From positions 107,749-156,658 of the forward strand of contig PS015013.1 of the NCBI GenBank assembly GCA_048213135.1: a stretch of 48,910 nt of DNA, given 5' to 3'. Shown here one piece after another: positions 11,538-21,339 of this stretch. How positions within the stretch are numbered: position 1 is the stretch's first letter; each line of letters opens with the position of its first letter. The notes below the pieces were generated by a model, which made no database searches, was not told the DNA's origin, and saw only the letters and a program-made list of their open reading frames with translations. Both the position numbers and the translations under genes were made by a program. The DNA is from Reclinomonas americana ATCC 50394. Its lineage: Eukaryota.

Positions 11538-14500
11538 ATGCCACCGAAACGCAACAGCAAGAGCGGTGCGTGTGTGTGTTGACTGCGTGCATTTCGTCAT
11601 GCATCCTTTCTCATATGAGAGTGCGCAGCAGCCTCGGCAGCAGCCGCAGCTGAGCCAATGGACACGGACGCGCAGGTTTGTCAAACAACAGCTTCTGCGG
11701 TGGTGGCGACCTCACACTCCACTCACATTCTGCACTGTGCACAACACAGGCAGCAGCAGCAGCAGCCGTGGTGGTGGCCTTTAGTGGTCAGTTCGGATGC
11801 ACCGAGGCGTCGCTGGGCAAGACGGTCGAGTCGATTGGAGGCTCCTGGTCGCGCTCTGTCACCAAGAAGGCAAGTGTGCACGTTCGTTGTCTTGCTGTGT
11901 GCATGTTTGCTCATGACTGCCCACGCACACGCAGGTTACGCATCTGGTGACCACTCTCGAGGATGTCGGTCGACATGCACTCGGCGAAACGGCATTCGTC
12001 AAGGTCGCCAAGGCGGTGATGGCCAAGCTGCCTCTTGGTTGCGTGCTCCTCCCTCTCCCTCTTTCCCTCTATCTGTCTGTCTCGCACTCACCGCTGCACT
12101 GTTGCCAGTGAATCGCGAGTGGCTGACCGAGTCCGACGCGGCCGGCTCGTTCCTGCCCGTCGACAAGTTCCTCATTGAGCTCGAGGTGGCCAAGGCGGCC
12201 GTGGAGGCCGTCAGTGCCCCTCACCAGAAGAAGCGTGCGGCAGCGTCGGAGGCCGCTGAGGAGGAGGAGCTGCCGGGTGAGCCGACTGCTGGCATGCATG
12301 TGCCGCGTGTTTTTTTTTTGCTGACAATATGGGGGTTTTCTCTCTGCAGCCAAGAAGCGTGCGAAGCGTGGAGCCAAGGCCGCGGAGACGACGGCCACTG
12401 ACGACAGTGAACCGGCTGCTGCGGAGGCCCCTGCAGCGGCGGCGCGTCCGAAGCGGGGCGCCGGCAAAAAGGCTCCTACGGCTGCGGCTGCTGCGACGAG
12501 CCCCACCAGTGACATGGATGTGGACGCGGGTGAGACGGAGGCAAAGCCCGCCGCCAAGGCCAAGAAAGGCAAGGCGGCCGCCAAGGCCGCGACCAAGACG
12601 GAAAAGGCCGACGATGCCGCCATGGCCGGAGACGAGGAGGAAGAGGAGGCGGCGCCAGCGGCCAAGGGCAAGAAGGGCAAAAAGGGCAAGGCGGCAGCCA
12701 AGGCCACCGCCAAGACGGAGAAGGCCGACGATGACGACGAGGAGGAGGAAGAGGAGGCCGCCCCGGCAGCCAAGGGTAAGAAAGGCAAGAGCGGCAAGAC
12801 TGTGGCTGCTGCTCCCGCCGCTGCTGCCACAGCTCCCGCTGCTGCTGCTACGCCGGCCTCATCCAGCCGCCCGCCGGATCCGTTCACCACGGTGCCCCGC
12901 GATCAGATCGCTTCGGTGCCGCGCGATGTGGCCAAGCCGAAGGCCATCAAGGCCGCCAGTGCGCCGCCGTTCCCCTCCAACTACGTCATTCTCAAGCACG
13001 TCGGTGAGTCGCACGTTCCCCCCGAGTGATCTCATCGATGCACACTCATGCTCCCATTTCCTCGCAGTGCTGCAAGGTATGTGCGTATCGCAGTGCACTT
13101 GTCTGTCCCTGTTTACTGATTCGTCGCGCTGCAGTGACCGACATCAAGGACAACCACAACAAGTGTGCGTGTTGCAGCAGCGCTTGCTTTGTGTTTAATC
13201 TACTGCTTATTCTTCCCCCTCTCCAACGCAGACTACTCGATGGAGATCCACGAGGCGCCTGGCGGCCACTACCGCATCTACAGCCACTACGGACGCACCG
13301 ATGACCTGCAGTCGAACCCGGTCTGTTATCCGATGCATGCAATCGCATTTGTGGCTGCATCCACTGACTTTGAGGCTGCACAGAATGCTGGGCAGCGCGA
13401 AGTGCGCCTGTTCCCGAGCTTGCCTGCCGCGTGTGCCGGTTGGGAGATCCTGTACAAGGTCTGTGCGTGTGGCCACTGATTGCATTTTTCTCGAGACAAC
13501 TCATTGGAGTGCTACATGAGTGTAGGACAAGACCGGCGGTAGCAAGGGCTACCGTCCGTGAGTGGCATCCACCATTCCCATTTTCTCGCGCTTCTTCATC
13601 GTCTCGCTCACTGCGTCGCAGGGTGAACTTGGCGTCGTCCAAGATCGGCTCGGAGAAGGCAGTCGGTGCCAGTGTCGGCGAGGTCGGCGCAGCCACCTTG
13701 GCCAAGTCGACCAAGGCCTCTGGTGCGCCGGCAGTTGCGTTGCTCTCTCTTCTCCATTTGACCTCGTGCACGCTGACACTCATCACTCGTGAGCAGGCCG
13801 TCAAGGCACCTGCCGTGTCGACACTCGACTCGCGTGTGCAGGAGCTTGTGCGAGTTGCGTAATAATATCCTCCCCCCGATCGCGCCAGCCCTGCGTGCTC
13901 ACTGTGCGTGGGCAGTACATTTACGCCGAGGCCACCAATGCACTCACGTCGGCCGTCAACTGCTCCATCACGGCGCACGGTATTGAGACGCCACTGGGCG
14001 TGCTGACCATGGAGCAGGTGGAGCGCGGCGAGGCCATCCTCAACCAGATTCTCGGCGAGGTGGAGAGCAGCAAGCCGAACAGCGCCGTGCTGCAGCGTCT
14101 CTCCAGCGATTTCTTCACCGCCATTCCGCACCGCATCGGTCGTTCGCGTGCCGATATCGAGGCCTCGGTGCTGACCACCAAGGACAAGGTCAAGGCCGAG
14201 GAGGAGTTGCTGCAGGTACGCGCACACACATGTCTTGTAGGCCTCGCTTTTTCATGGCACTCAACGTCTGTGCGCAGCTGATGAAGGACATGTTGCAAGT
14301 GGATGAGGCCGGAGGCAGCGGCAGTCACGTGCTCTTCGACAATGTCGTTGACGACCAGGTTAGTGGTAAGACAAGCGCGTTTGTGCATCTGTATCCTGAA
14401 CATGTGGCGGTGCTGGAATGCAGTACAAGGCCCTCGGCTGCAACGTCGAGTTTGTGCCGCCGTCGTCGCCCGACTTTGCGCGCATTCGCGACCACGTGCT

Positions 14501-15704
14501 CAAATCGCGCGTAAAGTCGTGCAACCTCAAGGTGCGATCCTTTTCTCTCCTTCTCGCACTCACGCACACACACTCACTGCATGCTCCAGGTGGCCAATAT
14601 TTACCGCGTGCAACGCCCCGAGGAGACCGCACGATACACGGGCGACAAGATCGGCAACGAGCGCATGCTCTTCCACGGTTCCCGCATTCAGAACTGTTTC
14701 GTGTCGCTGCATGCACACCAGCATCTCTTCGCCGTGTGACTAATCACCACTGGTGCATGCAGGGGTCGGCTTGTTGTCGCGTGGCCTGCTGAGTTGCGCC
14801 ACTTGCACACAAACAACTGTGTTTCCTCCTCGTCTGACTTGTTTTGTGTTTGACCAGTGCCCAAGACCGTCGTCTCCATGGGTATTCGTCGTACCGATGC
14901 TGGTGAGTGCATGCATATCTCTTCTTGTGCCAAGAACAACATTCCTCATCACTCACGGATGCCTTCCGACGTACAGGCTGGGTGAATACACTCTCTTCTA
15001 TGACTTATAAGATAAGAACACACAACTCATCACGTGCTGCAGCTCGGCAACGGTATCTACTTTGGTGACGCATCGTGTACAAGCGCGTACTACACCTCGC
15101 CGGGGTACGTTGTCGTGCGTTGTGTGCTTCCCGTGTCTGCCACAAGTGCCCATCAGTTTTCACCACAGACGCAATCGCAACACTCGCTTCATGATGGTGC
15201 TGACTGTTGGGCTCGGCAAGATGAAGGTCTGTGTATGTGTGTGCACGTGAACCGACTCGGTCGTCATTCTCACCGCACTGTTGCCGAACAGGAGTACACC
15301 AAAATCACGTACGGCTTGACGTGAGTGTCGCTCATCGCATGTGTACTGCTTTCGATTTCGCTGTGCACTGATCGCGGTGCTGTAACAGGAGCCCGCCGAA
15401 CGGCTACGACAGCTGCCATGGTGTTCGCCGGTGCGTGCTACTTTGCTATCCTCCCTGCTCGAACGGTAAACCAACATTTTGTTCTTCCGCAGCACATCTG
15501 GCGTGCACAGCGAATTCTGTGAGTGGTGCCTCTCCCCTCTTCTTTTGTTCTTTGTTTCTCATTCAATGCAACAGCCGACGACGAGTACTGCATTTACGAC
15601 CTGGCCCAGCAGGTTTGTTGGTGCTGTTAGCTGCGTGCACATGGATGGTGTGTCGCTCATTGGTCGTGCAGAAAATGGACTGGCTGGTCGAGTTTAGCAT
15701 GTAA
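11538..15704 (+). CDS. Poly(ADP-ribose) polymerase: BRCT, K/A/E-rich linker, WGR-like (YGR), regulatory helical domain and PARP4-type catalytic domain
   Basis: BRCT (VAFSGQF..SVTKKVTHLV..LPLVNREWL); WGR-like NHNKYYSMEIH..HYGR; regulatory domain TPLGVLT..LSSDFFTAIPH; catalytic triad H (FHGS, 14674), Y (GIYF, 15058), E (DEY, 15583); more than 20 introns. Confidence 0.92.
11870..11934 (+). other. GC-AG intron in the PARP BRCT domain
   Basis: AAG|GCAAGT...GCAG|GTT restores SVTKK-VTHLV; strong GC-donor consensus. Confidence 0.85.
12541..12790 (+). repeat. Duplicated Lys/Ala-acidic linker unit within the PARP CDS
   Basis: KKGKAAAKA(A/T)xKTEKADD...EEEEEAAPAAKGKKGK occurs twice. Confidence 0.85.
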
Positions 15705-15983
15705 GCAGCGACTCCGAAACACGCCACACACCCTTACCCAATCCATCCCCCAATCCTTTGCGAAAGCCTTCTCTCTGTCTCCCCACCCAATACCCTCCAA
15801 TCAATGAACACGTTTTTGATGCATTTTGTTTTGGGGTCTGTGCTTGCAGTGAGCACAGGGGTACAGGCGGCATATAGAGCCATTACGACAGGCGAGCCGG
15901 GTTCACCGGCGGCACCACCACTGGCCGCGCTTGCCCTGCGTAGTAGTTGTTGACTGCCATTCGCTCTGCACAGAAAAAAAGCA

Positions 15984-18900
15984 TCAGAACACAATCGCTT
16001 CCCACGCCGGCAAATGCGGAACGCAACGACGGCAGGTGTGCAGCTGCTGTTGCAGGTCGGCCACTGGTGTAGGCTTCTTCCAGTTAGCAGGTGGCCGCGT
16101 GCCGTTCAGCAGCGAGTAGTACCAGCGGAGGAGGGCCATCCGGCGGGCCGTGTCGAGGCACTTGGTCCGCGTGGGTCGTGGCGCTGGGGCCGGAGCTGGC
16201 TGCGCATACTGAGGCATGTAATACGGCGACGGCTGCGGGTAGTATCCGTACGGCATTGGCGGCGCCGGGGCTTGGTAGGTCGGTGGTGGTGGCGGCGGCG
16301 GTGCAGGTGTGTAGTACTGCGGCGTGGGGGCATAGTAGTACGGCAGTGGCACAGACTGCGGTGCTGGTGGTGGAGCTGGGGCAGGAGCAGGCTGTGCGTA
16401 CTGCTGGTGCGACGGCACGTTGCAATGGTACGGAGCCGCAGGCTGCGGCTGCTGCTGCGGCTGTGGTGGCGGTGCTCGGCGACGGCGAGGAGCCGGCGGA
16501 GCGTACATTGGCGGAGGGTACGAGACATCGCATCCTTGCGCTGGTGGCGGCGGAGGCAGTGCATAGCGGCGACGGCGAGGAGGCGCAGAAATGGGGTTCT
16601 CCGACACATCGCAGCCACCCATGTCACCAGCCGCCGGCGGCGGCGGTGGCGGTGGTGCACGTGGGCGTGCATAGTACGGATCCGGGATCATGCGTCGGCG
16701 AGGTGGTGGCGGTGGAGCCGCCGCAGCAGCAGCAGCATCCTGCTCCTGCGCCTCTTCGGCGTCATTGGCAGCGGCAGAAGCCGCAGATCGCGGTCGCGCA
16801 TAATACGGGTCGGGGACGATGCGGCGACCGCCTCGGCGCCACGCACCATAAGTCGGAGCGGGGCCATCGGCAGCGGACGGAGCTGCCGCAGCGTCGTCGT
16901 CGGCATCTGCACCGTCGCGAGACAGGAGTCGGCGGCCACGTGCACGACGCGGCATCACAGCACCCTCCTCGTCCTCTTGTGGAGCAGGAGCGGCTTCGGC
17001 TGCAGGCGGCGCAGCTTGTGCGGCGGGCTCCTCATAGTCGTTCTCCTCTGCAGTCAAATGTAAGTGGCGGTTCGCAGAAGTGACAACCACCTCAGCAAGT
17101 GACCTTCAACAAGAGCCGCTGCAGGTCCACGAAGGCGCGAGGTCGGCGACGCGGCAAAAGCTGCTGTCGGCACGGCCAGTTGGGCGGTGGCAACAGAAGC
17201 CACTGCACACTTACGTCAGCACGAGAGACAAGGAAGACGGATCACAGTGGGCAACATACCGTTGCGGCTGCGCTGCGGTGCCAGTGCGACAATGCACTTC
17301 TCCACAGTGTTGATGCGACGAGCCAGTCGTGCCTGGGCAATGTGGCATACTGCGCGTGCACGCAAGGACCGGGGCGCACGAGGGCACGCGTGGGCGGCGA
17401 CATTGCGCAGCTTCTTCACCACCACCAGTGCTTGACGGCAACGGCCGCGGTCGATAGTCTCAACTGCGCACACAGATCGTCAGCAACACTGCAGCTCGTG
17501 CAACACAACAACACTCGTCGTCAACTCTCACCGTCGTCATCGTCGTCGACGTTTTGGTTGCGGCGCTTCTGACGGCGTGGTGCGCTGTCATTGTCGTTGA
17601 TTTCGCTGCGGCGTCTGCGACGGCGAGGTGCGCTGTCATCGTCGTCGTTGACACTGCGGCGCTGGCGACGACGGGGTGCACTGTCATCGTCGTCCAAGTC
17701 TGCGACAAAGGAGAGACAGAGTGGGCACACCACACACTTTCATCACCGGCTGTTGACAGTGCTTACCATTCCTGCTGGGGCGACGACGGCCAGCAGACCG
17801 TCGCTTGCGGCCACCTGCGAGTATAGCAATGAGTGCAAGCGCTCTCTCATTGTCACATGCAAATCCAGTGAATATCGCGCACCACCATTGCGACGGCGGC
17901 GTGGACGACGACCACCGTCCTCCTCGTCGTCGAGGTCGTCAGCACGACGAGTTGGCTTGCGGGGCTTGTCTTCGCTCTCCTCGTCAGCATCGTCATCTTG
18001 ACGACGACGACGGCGGCGGCGGCGATCGCCCTTCAAGTCGTCCTCATCATCTGCGCCCGCGAAAGAACAACACTTGAGTGCCACTGCAACTACTCTTGCT
18101 GACCATTTTCGAATTTATACGCATACCATTGCGGGCAGCAGCACGACGACCACCTCGGCGGCGCAGGGTGGGCTGTCGGCGACGACGCAGAGGACCATCG
18201 TCGTCAGCATTGGCGTCACTGCCAGCATCTGTGCATGTGGTAAGTCACAACTCACACATTGATGTTACAAAGCGTGGTCATGGCTGTACGCACTCTTCCT
18301 GCGCTTGCGGCCGACAACAGCAGCGTCGTCATCATCGACGTCAATGTCATCAACGACGCGAGAACGCCGGCTGTCACCTGCAGCATCGACACGTAAACAA
18401 CGGAGGCGGTGCCACTTAAACAAAAGTCCACATCAACTGTACCCTTGCGAGAACGCGGTGCAGCACGGTCGTCGTCCTCGTCAGTGGCTTCCGGAATGGC
18501 GCGCATCACTGTCAACATGACGATGATGGAATGAGTGGTGAGTGCTAACAAGCACACATGGAGTGAGTGTGGTGAGGTGAACGCACTTCGTCGGAACTTG
18601 CGCGCGTCACGACGAATCACGTGTCGGAGGTACTCGCTGGTGGCTGTGCACACGTGATACGATGAGCGCAGAGCACGAAGGATCCAAAGGCAGCTCCAAA
18701 AAAACAAACCACCACGGATGCGCTTGTCTTCACGATCTGTTTGTGTGAAAGAGCGAGTGTGGGATTGACTGAGCGGCAACAGTGCACGGGAATGAGACTC
18801 ACCAGAGCCGCGGTCGTCCGAGTCAGCGCCATCGTCTGCACGTGGAGAAAAGATATCAAACAAACCAGTCAGTTGTCGCTCAATGCCTCGGTGAGGAACA

Positions 18901-19891
18901 CGCCTCACGCTCATCACCATTGCGTGACGGCGGCGGCGACGACTCTCGCAAGCGACGCACTACAGAGGCAGGAAACGTGTCAACAGCGGGGATCAACAAC
19001 CACGCACGACTCAAACCACACGCGCGCAACTGTTCTTCTTGATGCGACTGACAATGGCGCGGCACCCTGCAAACAACATAGAGTGAGACAGTGGTGGGAG
19101 GAGGCGATGGTGACACCATGTTGTGAAAGAACTTTGCTTGTGGATGGGTTCCGGATCGGCCTGCGACGGGTCCACTGCACAAATAGAAAGTAAACAACAC
19201 TGCAACACACAACCATGGAAGTGGCAGTGGAGGTGAGAAAACAGTACGAAACAGCTGGCATCGAAACCGGGCAGACGGCGAACACGGTAGTCACGGAAGG
19301 TGCGACCGTCTGCCACCAGTGTTCAAACACAGTCAGCAAACTGTCCACGAGGCACTGCTTCTCTTCCCACACCCACCATTGTCTGCCTCGTACTCGCGGT
19401 TGCTGAGTCGGGAAGCTCGCTTGCACGAGCGATTGGTCGGCGGCCGCGGAACTGCACGCGCACAAATGACAATGGTGACCACACAAAGTACAGCAATGTA
19501 TGCGAGTATAAATTTTGGTACACACCATCATCGGCAATAGTGCGACGACGGCACATGCGCGGTGCGCCAGACGGCGGTGGGGGTGGCAGCGACGGCAGAG
19601 CAGCAGGACCACGACGACGGCGGCAGCTCTGTGGCGGCGGTGACGCTGGAGTCTCCCACGGCGCCGGAGCTGCATTCTTTGCTTGCGGTCGGTAACCTGT
19701 GTCCACATCCCACCATGTGAGTCGACAAGAGACCGCAGTCGCACAGACACCACAACACAGACCCTCCCAAGGATCACCGCCAGCAGGGCGCTTGAAGGCC
19801 TCGGGCGCTGCACACACCAGACCGCAATGAGACAACACGACAAAGACGGCGATATGCTGCATGCACGGCTCACCCCTCGTTGCTTTCACCA
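15984..19891 (-). CDS. Orphan low-complexity protein A (Asp-block/Arg-block modules, Pro/Tyr-rich region, Cys-containing helical segments); 5' end lost in gap 19937-19956
   Basis: About 17 small exons bounded by GT/AG, nearly all phase 1, join into one frame (e.g. DDDDSAPRRRQRRSVNDDDDSAPRRRRRR). The last exon ~17048-15984 ends AWEAIVF*. Confidence 0.7.
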
Positions 19892-19964
19892 CTGCGTGCG
19901 ATCAGCAGCAGCCCGTCAGTCAAACAAAGCCACAAANNNNNNNNNNNNNNNNNNNNTGCTGCAG

Positions 19965-21003
19965 CGCTCGATGAGAGTGCACTGCCAGAGGACTACTCAA
20001 GGAGACAGCCGTCTTGTGGTGCGGCGGCGGCAGCGGCGGCGCCTGCGCCTCGCGAGCTGACTCCGGCGCAGCGATTGGCGGCCAAGTACCGTGCTCGTTT
20101 GCGCCAGGAGGAGAGCTTGGTGCGTGCGACCGAGCGCGCACTGTCGTCGTCGTTTGCTCGCACACGCAGCTTGGTGCGTCGTCTGCGATCGTCGCTGCAT
20201 CGGTGCCGCGTGCAGCGTTACCGCGATGGTGTGTGTGTGTGTGTGTGTGTGTGGGAGTCGTCGTCGTCGTTGTCGTGGTCCNNNNNNNNNNNNNNNNNNN
20301 NNNNNNNNNNNNNNNNNNNNNNNNNNNNNNNNNNNNNNNNNNNNNNNNNNNNNNNNNNNNNNNNNNNNNNNNNNNNNNNNNNNNNNNNNNNNNNNNNNNN
20401 NNNNNNNNNNNNNNNNNNNNNNNNNNNNNNNNNNNNNNNNNNNNNNNNNNNNNNNNNNNNNNNNNNNNNNNNNNNNNNNNNNNNNNNNNNNNNNNNNNNN
20501 NNNNNNNNNNNNNNNNNNNNNNNNNNNNNNNNNNNNNNNNNNNNNNNNNNNNNNNNNNNNNNNNNNNNNNNNNNNNNNNNNNNNNNNNNNNNNNNNNNNN
20601 NNNNNNNNNNNNNNNNNNNNNNNNNNNNNNNNNNNNNNNNNNNNNNNNNNNNNNNNNNNNNNNNNNNNNNNNNNNNNNNNNNNNNNNNNNNNNNNNNNNN
20701 NNNNNNNNNNNNNNNNNNNNNNNNNNNNNNNNNNNNNNNNNNNNNNNNNNNNNNNNNNNNNNNNNNNCTGCGCGTCGGCACTTTGAGACGCTGCGGCAGC
20801 GCCAGGAGCGTCGTCGTGCCGAGCGTGAGGAGCGTCTGCGCAACCGCCAATATGCGGACGACGGGGAGGATGTCAGTGCTGCTCCTCCGCGCGATGACAC
20901 TGATGCCCCGCGAGCTCGTGGACCCAGTGTGAACAAGCAGCTGCGCTGGCTCGGCAAGCTTCTGCGCGGCTACCCGCCGGCTGGTGGCGATGCACGACCA
21001 TGA
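19965..21003 (+). CDS. Orphan Arg-rich coiled-coil protein B (partial; 5' end and middle in gaps)
   Basis: Acceptor tgctgcag at 19964, exon LDESALPEDY...LHRCRVQRYRD, then donor gtgtgt. After the gap: RRHFETLRQRQ...QLRWLGKLLRGYPP...* followed by an AT-rich 3' region. Confidence 0.55.
20229..20253. repeat. (GT)n microsatellite at an intron start
   Basis: Directly visible. Similar intronic (GT/CA)n tracts occur throughout (e.g. ~10807, ~23793, ~42023). Confidence 0.9.
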
Positions 21004-21156
21004 GCACCTACATCCTATTCTATCTTGTATCAACTTCCTCCCTTGGTGTTTTTTTCATTGACGTGCACAATGAACGCGTGATGAGTCATCAGATATCCGC
21101 GCGCCGCGAGCACTTAAATATCTCAGTCATTCACTTTCAACACACGCGACGCACAC

Positions 21157-21306
21157 ATGAGGCCACAGCTGGTGCTGTTGGCGCTGCTTGTGGCGGTGCT
21201 CCTCTGTGTGAGCGCTGCGGTTGCTGTGTCTGCGCAGCAGGAGGACGAGGTGGAGGGAGTGGAGGAGAACTTTATGCTTGTGTCGCAAGTTTCGTCCCTC
21301 TGCGCG

Positions 21307-21339
<33 letters not shown>

